Below, piece by piece: positions 53,794-64,000 of a DNA stretch of 64,000 bases; positions within the stretch are counted from its first letter, which is position 1, and every line of letters starts with the position of its first letter. The notes below the pieces were generated by a model, which was not told the origin of the DNA, made no database searches, and saw nothing but the letters and a program-made list of their open reading frames with translations. The DNA lies in contig CAZOZN010000002.1 in NCBI GenBank assembly GCA_964584335.1, forward strand, positions 162,974 through 226,973. Reading direction: 5' to 3'. The DNA comes from an uncultured archaeon (lineage in GTDB: Archaea; Aenigmatarchaeota; Aenigmatarchaeia; PWEA01; JAGHBM01). The position numbers were made by a program, and so were the translations under genes.

Positions 53794-56622
53794 GTGGTTA
53801 AAATGAAAGAAAAAAACAACAAAAAAGACGTATTTGATGTCCTGCACCCGAAGATAAAAAAGATAGCCAAATCTAGGTTTGGTGAGGCAACACAGGTACA
53901 GAACATAACAATACCACAAATATTAAAGGGAAAAAATGTCCTTACGATAGCAGGAACTGGCATGGGAAAGACCGAATCGGTAATGCTTCCTGTTTTTTCT
54001 TTTTGGCTAAAGGAAAAGCCAAAACCGATATCTGCTCTTTACATCTGTCCACTACGTTCCCTTAATCGTGATATGTTCAAGAGGCTTCTTTGGTGGGGGA
54101 ACAAAATAGACATGGACATTTCAGTCAGGCATGGAGACACAACCCAATATGAGAGAAGCAAGCAGTCTGAATTCCCACCCGATCTTTTGATATCAACCCC
54201 AGAAACTCTGCAGGCAATTTTACCTGGATCAAGAATGAAGGAAAATTTATCAAACGTAAAATGGGTAATAATAGATGAGATACACGAGCTAGTTTCTAGC
54301 AAGAGAGGCACCCAGTTAAGTGTTGCTCTTGAAAGATTAAGAAGAGTGTCCAAAGACTTTCAAATAATTGGTTTATCTGCTACTGTTGGTTCTCCCAGGA
54401 AAGTTGCCAATTTTCTTGGAAAAGATGTGAAAATATTATCTGCTTTAAGTTCTAAGGATTTTGACATAGAGGTTGTTTCACCTGAGCTGACCGAGGAAGA
54501 CAAAAAAATAGGAGAGGAAATATTCCTTGGAAGTGAAGCGACTGCAAGATTGAGAAGAATAAGAGACTTGATTAAAGAAAAAAAATCACTCGTATTTACA
54601 AATACAAGAGAAGCATCGGAAGTGCTTTCTTCAAGGCTTAGAAGACTTGAACATAAGGGCCATGGTATACACCACAGTTCTCTGAGCAAAGATGTCAGGG
54701 TGCAGGCTGAAGACAGATTTAAGAACGATGAATTGAATGCACTGATATGTACTTCTTCTTTGGAACTTGGTATAGATATAGGCACAGTTGAGCAGGTTGT
54801 ACAGTACATGAGCCCCAGGCAGGTCTCTAAACTCGTCCAGAGAGTTGGAAGAAGCGGTCATAGCATAGACAAAAAAAGCAAGGGGCTTATAATAGCGGCA
54901 GACCCTGACGACATACTTGAAGCAGGTGTTATAGCAAGAAAGGCTATGAAAGGAGAGCTGGAGAAGACCAAGTTCCATGAAATGGCTTTTGATGTTTTAT
55001 CTCATCAAATAATAGGGCTTTCTCTTGATGAGTACGGGATAGACTGGAATAAGGCGTATGAACTGATAAGAAATGCATATCCTTACAGAAAGCTGGGAGA
55101 AGAAGATTTTTTCAGAGTACTAAAGTTTATGGAAAACCTTTGGTTGATTTACCTTGATGAAGGTATAAAGAGAAAGAGAAAATCCTGGAAATATTATTAC
55201 GAAAACCTTTCAACAATACCAAGTGTGTACAATTACAGAGTCATAGACAATATAGAAAACAGAGAAGTTGGGGTTTTAGACGAGGCTTTTGTGGCCGAGC
55301 ATGGTGAGACCGGAACAACTTTCATAGTAAAGGGCAGCCCCTGGAGAATAATATCCGTATACGGAGGCAATGTTTATGTCGAGCCTGTTAATGACATAAC
55401 TTCTGGAGCCCCTGCTTGGGAAGGTGAGCTGATACCCGTGACTAGAGAGATATCGGAGGAGGTTGGTGATTTGAGATTTTTAATATCCGGCCTGATAAAA
55501 GAAAAAAAGAGTAAAAAAGATATTGAATCCGAAATAAAAAACAAGTATCCCTTATCCCCGGGGGCGTGCAAAAAAGTAGTAGATTATATTTCTAACCAAT
55601 TAAAGGAAAAGAAACAGGTACCTGATAAAAATAATATTTTGATTGAAAAAGACAAGGATTTTGTTGTAATTCATTCTTGCTTCGGTTCCCTTATAAACCA
55701 GACTTTGGGAAGATTCTTTTCTTCTCTACTTATTTCCGGCTTGGGTAAGAGCGTTGGTATAAAGACAGACCCTTACAGGATAATGATACAGGGAGTTGAA
55801 ATAGACGATGTTCTAAAGGCTTTGGAAAATAACACCAAGGAAGATTTTGAAATGATAATAAACAATACAATAGACAGGACCCGTGTTTTTAGATGGAGAT
55901 TTATACACGTAGCAAAAAGGTTCGGTGCTGTAAGAAAGGATGCTAAGTGGGATAAGATGAACATGACTAAGCTTGTTGATTCTTTCAGGAACAGTCCAGT
56001 ATTTGATGAGACTGAAAGGGAAGTCTATAACGAGAAGCTGGATTTAGAAGGAGCAAAAGAAATATTTGAAAAGATAAAGGAAAAAGAAATAAATGTTTTT
56101 GTCGACAATACCGCCAAACTTTCTTCTATAGGAAAAGTTGGTGTGGAATTTAAATTCAGGGAACTTGTCGGACCCAAGAAACCGGAGAAGGAAATATTTT
56201 CTGTATTCAAACACAGGCTTCTGAACACCAGGGTAAGGCTTGTATGCATGAAGTGTGGTGAATTTTCTTCAACTAGGACAGTAAGGATGATAAAAAAAGA
56301 CCCCGAATGTCCCGTTTGCGGGAGCAGGTTCATAACTGTTTTGAAGCCCCATGAAAAGGAAAAAGAAAAGTTGATAAAGAAAAACGTATCAGAAAAGGAA
56401 TTAAACGAGGAAGAAAGGAAGAAGATAGAGAGAATGGAAAATGCTGCAGATTTGGTCCTTACATATGGTTCTAAAGTAATAACTGCTCTTGCAGGAAGAG
56501 GAGTAGGTCCTGATACGGCAATAAGGGTTCTTGCAAAGCAAAAGGAAAGCGAAGACGAATTCCTAAAAGATATACTGGAAGCGGAGAGAAACTTTGCTAA
56601 GAACAAGAGATACTGGAATTAG
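53794..56622 (+). CDS. lhr: Lhr-family SF2 helicase with C-terminal Zn finger
   Basis: TGMGKT, DEIH, SAT, HHSSLS, SSLELGIDIG, QRVGRSGH, PAWEGE, CMKC..CPVC, GRGVGP. Confidence 0.93.
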   Translation: MVKMKEKNNKKDVFDVLHPKIKKIAKSRFGEATQVQNITIPQILKGKNVLTIAGTGMGKTESVMLPVFSFWLKEKPKPISALYICPLRSLNRDMFKRLLWWGNKIDMDISVRHGDTTQYERSKQSEFPPDLLISTPETLQAILPGSRMKENLSNVKWVIIDEIHELVSSKRGTQLSVALERLRRVSKDFQIIGLSATVGSPRKVANFLGKDVKILSALSSKDFDIEVVSPELTEEDKKIGEEIFLGSEATARLRRIRDLIKEKKSLVFTNTREASEVLSSRLRRLEHKGHGIHHSSLSKDVRVQAEDRFKNDELNALICTSSLELGIDIGTVEQVVQYMSPRQVSKLVQRVGRSGHSIDKKSKGLIIAADPDDILEAGVIARKAMKGELEKTKFHEMAFDVLSHQIIGLSLDEYGIDWNKAYELIRNAYPYRKLGEEDFFRVLKFMENLWLIYLDEGIKRKRKSWKYYYENLSTIPSVYNYRVIDNIENREVGVLDEAFVAEHGETGTTFIVKGSPWRIISVYGGNVYVEPVNDITSGAPAWEGELIPVTREISEEVGDLRFLISGLIKEKKSKKDIESEIKNKYPLSPGACKKVVDYISNQLKEKKQVPDKNNILIEKDKDFVVIHSCFGSLINQTLGRFFSSLLISGLGKSVGIKTDPYRIMIQGVEIDDVLKALENNTKEDFEMIINNTIDRTRVFRWRFIHVAKRFGAVRKDAKWDKMNMTKLVDSFRNSPVFDETEREVYNEKLDLEGAKEIFEKIKEKEINVFVDNTAKLSSIGKVGVEFKFRELVGPKKPEKEIFSVFKHRLLNTRVRLVCMKCGEFSSTRTVRMIKKDPECPVCGSRFITVLKPHEKEKEKLIKKNVSEKELNEEERKKIERMENAADLVLTYGSKVITALAGRGVGPDTAIRVLAKQKESEDEFLKDILEAERNFAKNKRYWN

Positions 56623-56659
56623 TTTTTTAATTAAAAAAGTTAATATAAATTAGATTTTA

Positions 56660-56800
56660 ATGAAAGAAAAAGAATTCATTAAAGAGATTGATTTAGATGA
56701 AATCAACATAAAATGGGAAGATGATTTTTTCCCGGAAGATAAACTTTTGGGAAAATTAAAATTGCCCTACAAAGAATCAAAGAAAAACAAGCGTTTTTAA
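56660..56800 (+). CDS. Possible 46-aa small protein
   Basis: MKEKEFIKEIDLDEINIKWEDDFFPEDKLLGKLKLPYKESKKNKRF fills the lhr-ABC gap on the same strand. Confidence 0.35.
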   Translation: MKEKEFIKEIDLDEINIKWEDDFFPEDKLLGKLKLPYKESKKNKRF

Positions 56801-56824
56801 TCATCTCCTTTTTTGGTGTTTTAA

Positions 56825-57838
56825 ATGTCGATAGTTAGTGTTAAAAAAGTTTCAAAGAAATTCCGGGACAAAAGTAAAGACAAAAGAATAATAGACAAGC
56901 ATGGTCCTTTCATGGGTTTCATAAAGAAATCTCAAAATAAAAAACATTTTCATGCTCTTAAAAACGTGAGCTTTGACGTTGAAGAGGGCGAGATATTTGG
57001 TCTTCTAGGTCCCAACGGTTCAGGAAAAACCACCCTTATAAAGATAATTACAGGCCTTATGAGACAGGATAGCGGCCAAATAAAAGTTCTTGGAAAAAAA
57101 GTTCCCGAGGAGATAGACAGTATAAGAGGCAAGATAAATGCTGTTTTTGCAAGGGCTGCAATGTTCTGGCATTTAACTGGAGAATACAATCTTGAGGTAT
57201 ATTCCCAAATATACGGAGTAAAAGATTATAGTAAGAAAATAAAAAAATACCTGAAATTTTTTGAAATAGAGAATAAGAAAGACCTCTATCTTGACAAGCG
57301 TTCAACCGGGGAGTTGATGAGATTTAATCTTGCGAGGTCTTTGCTTAATTCTCCAAGAGTTTTGTTTCTTGATGAGCCGACTATTGGTTTAGACCCTCAT
57401 ATAAGTCTAAAGGTGAGGAATTTTCTTAAGAAATTAAATCAAACAGAAAAAATGACAATTCTACTTACTACGCATTACATGGAAGAGGCAGATTATCTTT
57501 GTGACAGAATAGCCATAATAAACAACGGAAAAATAATAAAAATAGATACTCCTTCTAACCTAAAAAAATTATTGAGTAAAGAGAAGATACTGGAATTCAG
57601 AATGAAAGAAATGAACAGGAAAACTATAGAAAAGATAAAAAAATTAAAGTATGTAGAGAATGCGCACTGGGTTGACGAGGAGGAAAAACTCAGAGTAATT
57701 GTCAGCAGCCTTGATAAATGTGATAATGTTATAACTGAAATTAGGAAATCCGGCAACAACATAATTTCTATAAATACAGATGAACCGAGCCTTGAAGATG
57801 TTTTTATACACCTTACGAAAAAGAGGTTGGTTAGATGA
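56825..57838 (+). CDS. ABC-2 exporter ATP-binding protein
   Basis: GPNGSGKTT, LFLDEPTIGLD, TTHYMEEA, PSLEDVF. Confidence 0.93.
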   Translation: MSIVSVKKVSKKFRDKSKDKRIIDKHGPFMGFIKKSQNKKHFHALKNVSFDVEEGEIFGLLGPNGSGKTTLIKIITGLMRQDSGQIKVLGKKVPEEIDSIRGKINAVFARAAMFWHLTGEYNLEVYSQIYGVKDYSKKIKKYLKFFEIENKKDLYLDKRSTGELMRFNLARSLLNSPRVLFLDEPTIGLDPHISLKVRNFLKKLNQTEKMTILLTTHYMEEADYLCDRIAIINNGKIIKIDTPSNLKKLLSKEKILEFRMKEMNRKTIEKIKKLKYVENAHWVDEEEKLRVIVSSLDKCDNVITEIRKSGNNIISINTDEPSLEDVFIHLTKKRLVR

Positions 57839-58638
57839 GATTTTTTAGAGACCTTAGGATTATGTTCGTTGCTGAGATAAAGAGATACTATAGATGGAAA
57901 GAGAGAGTTGTATGGGATGTACTTTTTACTCTTATAGCTTTCTTTGGTTTCATTCTAGTCTGGAGAACAGTATTAATGGGAGGTTTTCAGGGAGTAGGCG
58001 ATTTGACCGCAGAGAACTATATAACATTCTTGCTGACGGGCACCGTTATGTGGGTTGTTATAAGGCAGGGGATAGGATGGCAAATGGCCTTTGCATTTAC
58101 ACAAGACAAACATAGAAGGGTACTTCCCTACATAATGATTTCACCAATGAATAAAATAGCATATCTTTATGGTAAAATAGGTACTGGTTTGTTGCGTTCC
58201 ATAATAAACAACATAATTATAATAATAGTTGCCTCGTTATTTTTTGAGTTCTATTATGCTGGCAGTACTGTTTTGACTATTTTTTTATTTGCTCTAACTT
58301 TCGTTGCATTTTCTGGAATAGGGCTTATTATAGCATCTCTTGGTGCTGTAAGGGAAGGTATAGCAGACTTTTCTTTGGTTCTTATAGAATTTGTTTACCT
58401 TGTCTCCGGAGTGTATTATCCTATAGAAGTTTTCCCAGAAAATATAAGAGGATTTGTTTTGCTGTTACCGACTACACAGGCTATAAATGCAGTTAGAAAA
58501 ATAGGTCTTCACGGTGCTGGTTTTTTCGATATATTACCCCAAATATTATATCTGGGAGTTTTAGCTATAATATCTCCAATAATAGGCTATTATGTTTTTA
58601 GATGGGTTAAAAACAGGGCAATGCTTATCGGAATCTGA
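57835..58638 (+). CDS. ABC-2 exporter permease
   Basis: Six-TM protein, SGVYYPIEVFP..LLPTT; ATGA coupling to the ATPase gene. Confidence 0.9.
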   Translation: MRFFRDLRIMFVAEIKRYYRWKERVVWDVLFTLIAFFGFILVWRTVLMGGFQGVGDLTAENYITFLLTGTVMWVVIRQGIGWQMAFAFTQDKHRRVLPYIMISPMNKIAYLYGKIGTGLLRSIINNIIIIIVASLFFEFYYAGSTVLTIFLFALTFVAFSGIGLIIASLGAVREGIADFSLVLIEFVYLVSGVYYPIEVFPENIRGFVLLLPTTQAINAVRKIGLHGAGFFDILPQILYLGVLAIISPIIGYYVFRWVKNRAMLIGI

Positions 58639-59584
58639 GTTTTTTTGCCGCGTATTCAGGCATTACTTCGTTTACAAAAAGTCCGAAATATTCAAAGCCG
58701 CCGTATATCTTAAGTTTTGGGTATATTTCTATATGGAAGTGCCAAAAATCTGATTTAGGAAATGAATTGTAAACTATGTGGTAAGGCAAGTCCCCGAACA
58801 ATTCATTGTATTTATTAAGCAGTTTTTTTATTGTTTTTAAGAAGTACCTTTTTTGGCTAGAATCAAGTTTTGATATATCAGATATATGTCTTTTTGGAAA
58901 TAGCCATGTTTCATAAGGCCACGTGGAAGCGTACGGTGCAATTACTACGAATTCTTTGTTTTCAGATACAATTCTTTTCTTTTTTTCTTTCTCCTTTTTT
59001 ATTATATCACAATACGGGCACCTGTTCTCTTTTTTGTAAAATTTTTCCGCTGCAGTCATTTTCTCCGATATTTTTTTAGGGAAAACAGGGGATGCTATTA
59101 TTTGAGAATGTGAATGACCGATAGAAGCTCCTGCCATCTTTCCCTCATTTTTGAACATTGTTACGTATACTATTTCCTTTCTTTTTATGTGCTCTTTGTA
59201 TCTTTTAATTAAAACACCCAATGATAATTCCATGTCTTTTATGGACAAATCATGAAAATCTTTTGAGTGGTCTGGAGTTTCTATCACAACTTCGTGTGAA
59301 CCATAAGGTTTGTAATGATTAAAGAAGCCTTTTCCTTCCTCTCCATTGAATTTAGTATCACATAGAGCGGGAAACTTGTTCGGTATCAGCCTTACTTTCC
59401 AGTTCTTTTTAGGTTTTTGTATTATTTCTTTCGGTGTCATTTTTTCGTTGCCGGGACAGAATGGGCACTTACTCGGGTCCATCACTTCTCCTTTTTTAGC
59501 ACTGAACAAATGAGGCCTCTTTGCTCTTTTTGGTGAAAAAACAACATATTTTTCAGATATGTAGTCTCTTCTTATCTCGTTCAT
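58625..59584 (-). CDS. galT: Galactose-1-phosphate uridylyltransferase
   Basis: RAKRP, CPFCPGNE, NKFPAL, HEVVIE, GASIGHSHSQ (HxHxQ), WHFHIE. Confidence 0.9.
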   Translation of the reverse strand: MNEIRRDYISEKYVVFSPKRAKRPHLFSAKKGEVMDPSKCPFCPGNEKMTPKEIIQKPKKNWKVRLIPNKFPALCDTKFNGEEGKGFFNHYKPYGSHEVVIETPDHSKDFHDLSIKDMELSLGVLIKRYKEHIKRKEIVYVTMFKNEGKMAGASIGHSHSQIIASPVFPKKISEKMTAAEKFYKKENRCPYCDIIKKEKEKKKRIVSENKEFVVIAPYASTWPYETWLFPKRHISDISKLDSSQKRYFLKTIKKLLNKYNELFGDLPYHIVYNSFPKSDFWHFHIEIYPKLKIYGGFEYFGLFVNEVMPEYAAKKLRFR

Positions 59585-59605
59585 TTTATCACAATAATAG
59601 TAAGT

Positions 59606-60925
59606 TTATTCTTTTATTAATGATTCGACTTCCTTTAGTTTATCTTCCATAATCTCTTTTGTCTTTCCTTCCAGATTCAGCCTTAATAGGTCCTCGGTGT
59701 TGGATGGCCTTAAGTTGAACCACCAATTTTCAAATTCTACAGTCATTCCGTCTATCTTTTCTATTTTTGCATCCGTTTTTGAGTAATATTTCTCTATTTC
59801 ACTAATCTTGCCTTCTTTGTCTTTTACTTCGTAGTTGGTCTCAATTATTTTATAGTATTTCTTGAAAGGTTTTACAACTTCTGAAAGTTTTTTGCCAGAG
59901 TTAGATAATACTTCTAACAAATTTACTAGTGCTTTCAATGTTGATTCGGCGTAAAAACAATCCTTGAAGTAGAAATGTCCGGAGGATTCTCCGCCAAAAA
60001 TAACGTCTTCTTCTCTCATCCTTTTTTGTATAAAAGAATGCCCGACCCTGGATTTTATTGGTACACCGCCGAATTTTAATATAGTTTCCGGTACTATTTT
60101 GCTGACAGTCAAGTTGTAAAGTATTTTACCTTTTTCTTTTTTTAGTACGTTTTTTGCTATTATAGACAAAATAATTTCACTAGTTACGAAATTACCTTTT
60201 TCATCAACAAAACCAATTCTATCTCCGTCACCATCGAAAGCCACTCCAAAATCTGCTTTTTGTTTTAAAACAAATTCTTTTAATTTCTGTAGGTTACTTT
60301 CTTTTATTGGATTCGCTTCGTGGTTGGGAAATGTACAGTCGACTTCAGAATAAATAGTCTCGTAATTTATATTCATTTTTTCCAAAAAATCCTTTATAAA
60401 CAAACCTACCATGCCATTTCCAGGGTCCACAACTATCTTACCGTTATAATTTATTTTCTTGCTTGCCATGAATTGAACAAAGTCTTCTTTGATATCTATT
60501 TTATTTACGGAATAATCAGCGTATTTGTAATCCATTTCTTTAACACCTTCTTCTATTTTTGATATACCCGTATCGTATACAAGCGGCACTGCATTTTTTC
60601 TAACTGCCTTTATTCCGTTAAATTCAGCACCCAAATGGGATGCTGTAATCATTATACCTCCATCGGCTTTAAGCTTGTTTACAGCAAAGTAAAACATAGG
60701 AGTAGTGGAAAAACCTATATCAATTATTTCTTTTCCTGTCTGATAAAGTCCTGACAGAATACCGTCTTTAATTTCATCCGATGATTTTCTGGCATCCATA
60801 CCAACGACTATTTTATTTTCTTTAATTAACCCACCAAAGGCCTTTCCTATTTTGAAAGCTATTTCTTTGTTGATTTCATAAGGGTATTTGCCTCTTATGT
60901 CATAAGCCTTGAAAATACCAGACAT
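59606..60925 (-). CDS. Phosphomannomutase/phosphoglucomutase
   Basis: FKAYDIRG, ITASH, FDGDGDR, GGESSGH, RPSNTE. Confidence 0.95.
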   Translation of the reverse strand: MSGIFKAYDIRGKYPYEINKEIAFKIGKAFGGLIKENKIVVGMDARKSSDEIKDGILSGLYQTGKEIIDIGFSTTPMFYFAVNKLKADGGIMITASHLGAEFNGIKAVRKNAVPLVYDTGISKIEEGVKEMDYKYADYSVNKIDIKEDFVQFMASKKINYNGKIVVDPGNGMVGLFIKDFLEKMNINYETIYSEVDCTFPNHEANPIKESNLQKLKEFVLKQKADFGVAFDGDGDRIGFVDEKGNFVTSEIILSIIAKNVLKKEKGKILYNLTVSKIVPETILKFGGVPIKSRVGHSFIQKRMREEDVIFGGESSGHFYFKDCFYAESTLKALVNLLEVLSNSGKKLSEVVKPFKKYYKIIETNYEVKDKEGKISEIEKYYSKTDAKIEKIDGMTVEFENWWFNLRPSNTEDLLRLNLEGKTKEIMEDKLKEVESLIKE

Positions 60926-61022
60926 TAATAAGAATTGTGAACCATTATTTAATAAATTTACAAATACCGGAAAGACAGTAAAATACTAAAAATTTTATAA
61001 ACTAGGAATTTAAAATCATATA

Positions 61023-63305
61023 GTGTTTAAGATGAAAAAATACGTAGCGGATTTTAAAGATTTATCAAAAAAGGACATACCTCTAGTGGGTGGAAAGAAC
61101 GCTAACTTAGGGGAAATGATTCAGAAAACAAAGGTTCCCGTCCCTGGAGGTTTTGCTATAACAACTAAAGCTTACGATTATTTTATCAAGTACAATAAGA
61201 TAGATGATGATATACGTTCTGTAGTTTCTAAACTGGATAAAAAAAATCTTAGAAATCTTGAAAAGATAGGTAAGAAAGTAAGAGATTTAATTAAGAACGG
61301 CAAATTTCCAAAAGATTTGAGAGATGAAATAGTTTCGTATTATAAAAAACTTTCTAAGAAGAACAAGAAAAAAGATATAAGTGTTGCAGTAAGAAGCTCT
61401 GCTACTGCTGAGGACTTGGCGGATGCAAGCTTTGCAGGCCAACAGGAGAGTTACCTTAACATAGTAGGTGAAAGACAACTACTTTTTGCTGTAAAAAAAT
61501 GTATAGCATCCCTATTCACCAACAGAGCTATTTCTTACAGAGAGGATAAGGGATTCGACCATTTCAAAGTCAAGCTTTCTGTTGCTGTTCAAAAAATGGT
61601 ATATTCAAAAAGCTCCGGCGTGATGTTTTCTATGGACCCGGATTCAGGAAACGAAAATTTTGTTTTCATAAACGGAAGCTGGGGACTGGGTGATTACATA
61701 GTACAGGGCAAGGTCAATCCGGATTCTTTTTACGTCCTCAAAAATACTAAAACGATAATAAACAAAAAATTGGGAAGTAAGAAAGCTATGGAAGTCAGGT
61801 CTAAGAGAGGCGTGAAGAACAAGTCAGTACCTACCAGTAAAAGAAAAAGGTTCTGTATAACTGATAATGATGTAATTAATCTGGCAAAATATTGCATGGA
61901 TATTGAAAAACACTACAAAAGGAACATGGACATAGAGTGGGCTAAGGACGGTTCAGGAAATCTTTACATACTCCAAGCAAGACCAGAAACCATACACTCT
62001 TCCAGGGGGGAGAAGAAAGCTGAACAATATATACTAAGAGAGAAAAGCGAGATAATATCAAAGGGTGAAAGCATAGGCAGAAAAATAGGTTCAGGAACTG
62101 TAAATGTCATAAAGTCAGCAAAGAACATATCAAAATTCAATAAGGGACAGGTTTTGGTAACGGAGATGACCGACCCGGACTGGGAACCCATAATGAAAAT
62201 CGCTTCTGCAATAATAACCGAGAAAGGAGGAAGAACATCTCATGCTGCAATAGTATCAAGGGAACTGGGTATTCCTGCAGTTCTTGGAGTTGAGAATGCG
62301 ACAAAGAAACTAAAGAAAGGCCAGAAAGTTACCGTAGACTGTACAGAGGAAACTGGAAGAATATGGAAAGGTAACCTAGATTACGACGTTAAAAAAATTG
62401 ATTTGGGAAAGATACCCAAAACAAAAACTGAAGTATTTGTAAATGTCGGGATACCTGAAAAAGCTCTTATACAAGGGCAACTGCCGGTAGAAGGTGTTGG
62501 CTTGGCAAGGGAAGAATTTATAATGACTTCTATAGGAGAACATCCTCTTTACGCTATAAAAAAAGGAAGGTCAAATGAATATGTTGAAAAAATCGCTGAA
62601 GGCATATCAAAAATAGCCGCTTCTTTCTATCCACGTGATGTAATATTAAGAACTTCCGACTTTAAGACGAACGAGTATGCTGGGCTAAAAGGAGGAAAAG
62701 AATTTGAGGGAGAAGAGAACAATCCAATGATAGGATGGAGAGGCGCTTCCCGCTACGTATCAGAGTTTGAACCAGCTTTCAGGCTTGAGTGCCGTGCGAT
62801 TAAGAAAGTTAGAGATGAAATGAAGCTGACAAATATAATACCAATGATACCTTTCTGCAGAACAATAGAGGAAGCCAAAGGAGTTTTAAAGATAATGAGA
62901 AGCGAAGGTCTCAAGAGAGGCAAAAATTTCAAGGTGTATGTTATGGCCGAGATACCATCCAACGTGGTATTGGCTGACCAGTTTTCAAAATATTTTGACG
63001 GATTTTCTATAGGTTCAAATGACCTTACTCAATTGACTTTGGGTATAGACAGAGACAGCCAAAAATTGGCCAAAAGTTTTGACGAAAGAAACGATGCAGT
63101 CAAAAGAATGATTGAGATGCTTATAAAGACAGCGCATAAACACAAGAGAAAAGTTGGTATATGCGGAGAGGCCCCCAGTTACTTCCCCGAGTTTACTGAA
63201 TTTCTTATAAAGTGCGGAATAGATTCAATATCAGTAAATCCAGAAGTTGCCATAAAAACCAAGTTTTTGGTTGAAAAGGTCGAGAAGAAAATCAAAAGAA
63301 AATAA
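61023..63305 (+). CDS. ppsA: Phosphoenolpyruvate synthase
   Basis: GGKNANLGE, VRSSATAED, QARPET, GGRTSHAAIVSRELG, SDFKTNEY, SIGSNDLTQ, GICGE. Confidence 0.96.
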   Translation: MFKMKKYVADFKDLSKKDIPLVGGKNANLGEMIQKTKVPVPGGFAITTKAYDYFIKYNKIDDDIRSVVSKLDKKNLRNLEKIGKKVRDLIKNGKFPKDLRDEIVSYYKKLSKKNKKKDISVAVRSSATAEDLADASFAGQQESYLNIVGERQLLFAVKKCIASLFTNRAISYREDKGFDHFKVKLSVAVQKMVYSKSSGVMFSMDPDSGNENFVFINGSWGLGDYIVQGKVNPDSFYVLKNTKTIINKKLGSKKAMEVRSKRGVKNKSVPTSKRKRFCITDNDVINLAKYCMDIEKHYKRNMDIEWAKDGSGNLYILQARPETIHSSRGEKKAEQYILREKSEIISKGESIGRKIGSGTVNVIKSAKNISKFNKGQVLVTEMTDPDWEPIMKIASAIITEKGGRTSHAAIVSRELGIPAVLGVENATKKLKKGQKVTVDCTEETGRIWKGNLDYDVKKIDLGKIPKTKTEVFVNVGIPEKALIQGQLPVEGVGLAREEFIMTSIGEHPLYAIKKGRSNEYVEKIAEGISKIAASFYPRDVILRTSDFKTNEYAGLKGGKEFEGEENNPMIGWRGASRYVSEFEPAFRLECRAIKKVRDEMKLTNIIPMIPFCRTIEEAKGVLKIMRSEGLKRGKNFKVYVMAEIPSNVVLADQFSKYFDGFSIGSNDLTQLTLGIDRDSQKLAKSFDERNDAVKRMIEMLIKTAHKHKRKVGICGEAPSYFPEFTEFLIKCGIDSISVNPEVAIKTKFLVEKVEKKIKRK

Positions 63306-63317
63306 TATGAGCATTTT

Positions 63318-63788
63318 TTAAATATAGTCTTCTTCAGTAAATATTTTAATGTTATTTTTATCTAGCAGTGCTGCTGTAACACCATTACCTCTTGTTTTTC
63401 CCCTTTTCTTTAATCCTCCCTGCGTAAAGCCATGCCCACACGAAGGACTTCCCTGTTTCATTATAACTTCATTTACGTTGAAATATTTTACTAATTTGAG
63501 TGTTTCAAACGCTCCTTTAATGAAATGTTTTGTAACATCTTCATCATTGTCTGTAATCACTTTGCTTTTTCCATCTAAAACCGATTTACCATCTCCATAT
63601 ACTATTCTGCTTCCGCTTCTTGGTATTGGAAGTCCCCCCAAATATTCGGGGCAAATTTCTATTATCTCATGTTTGTAATATTCGTCCATTATTCTTCTCG
63701 AAGATTTTTTAAGGTTATCTTTACCATCATATCTGCATTTAAAACCAAGTAGACATGCACTACACAATTTCATAATTATTATTAACAT
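63318..63788 (-). CDS. DUF523 / 2-thiouracil desulfurase-family Fe-S protein
   Basis: SACLLG..CRYDG, CPE..GGL..PR, DVT..F..GA, SPSCG, GNGVT. Confidence 0.88.
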   Translation of the reverse strand: MLIIIMKLCSACLLGFKCRYDGKDNLKKSSRRIMDEYYKHEIIEICPEYLGGLPIPRSGSRIVYGDGKSVLDGKSKVITDNDEDVTKHFIKGAFETLKLVKYFNVNEVIMKQGSPSCGHGFTQGGLKKRGKTRGNGVTAALLDKNNIKIFTEEDYI

Positions 63789-63831
63789 GAAAAACTATAA
63801 TAACTTATAAAAATTATTTTATAGTGATTAG

Positions 63832-64000
63832 ATGGATAAAGAAGTTCTAGACAAATACAAAAAAGCCGGAAGGATAGACAAAGAATGCCTTGATATGGGC
63901 AGGAAATTGATAAAACCCGGGGTAAGTATAATGGATGTTATAGAGAAAATAGAGAAAAATATAATTGATTCTGGAGCAGGATTTGCATTCCCTATAAATG
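63832..64000 (+). CDS. map: Type II methionine aminopeptidase (5' part; truncated by window end)
   Basis: Manual translation MDKEVLDKYKKAGRIDKECLDMGRKLIKPGVSIMDVIEKIEKNIIDSGAGFAFPIN...; KAG, IKPG and AFPxN are typical of archaeal MetAP N-termini. Confidence 0.8.
   Translation, partial: MDKEVLDKYKKAGRIDKECLDMGRKLIKPGVSIMDVIEKIEKNIIDSGAGFAFPIN

Noticed and set aside
56025-56606. 193-aa minus-strand ORF (and similar ORFs inside polB, cysD, lhr and ppsA)
   Set aside because: Antisense shadows expected from the codon bias of the real genes
1-64000. tRNA, rRNA, IS elements
   Set aside because: Intergenic gaps are short and AT-rich; no cloverleaf, rRNA-like tract, transposase or terminal inverted repeats were recognised by eye (a covariance search was not run)

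Overview
Gene-dense, AT-rich archaeal chromosome segment, probably DPANN (inferred from gene content and GGTGA-type Shine-Dalgarno sites; not proven). (1) 0.1-5.4 kb: a replication origin with five ORB-like boxes and an AT-rich element, next to an operon of cdc6, a catalytically dead DP1-like subunit, and a family-B polymerase ending in a PolD-DP2-type Zn finger. This resembles a eukaryote-style PolB plus inactive B-subunit placed in the usual cdc6-DP1-DP2 slot. (2) 5.4-14.5 kb: housekeeping genes (HTH regulator, Hjc, CBS protein, an unannotated ferredoxin, nucleotidyltransferase, secDF, GGR). (3) About 12.6-43.6 kb: a large N-glycosylation/surface-glycan locus (aglB, aglH, flippases, GT2/GT4/GT-C enzymes, FkbM, deacetylase, HpnJ/Cds-like radical SAM). 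It contains a sulfur operon (cysD, cysN, thioredoxin, sqdB with a Cys-rich N-terminal extension) with no APS kinase, APS reductase or PAPS sulfotransferase in the window. It also has six soluble AlkP/NPP-superfamily enzymes. Six proteins of three unrelated folds share a C-terminal (R/K)LxxLGY(I/M) tail, which suggests an undescribed sulfuryl-transfer or docking system. (4) 43.6-44.4 kb: a Lys-rich C3H Zn-finger protein, a candidate box C/D sRNA whose guide matches the 23S P-loop (Gm2251), and a PC4-like protein. (5) 44.5-64 kb: porB-hppA-acs convergent with acdA, bacterial-type metK, nth, lhr, an ABC-2 exporter, galT, PMM/PGM, ppsA, DUF523 and a partial map. No rRNA, tRNA, CRISPR array or mobile element was recognised. 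All calls come from reading motifs by eye; no searches were run.
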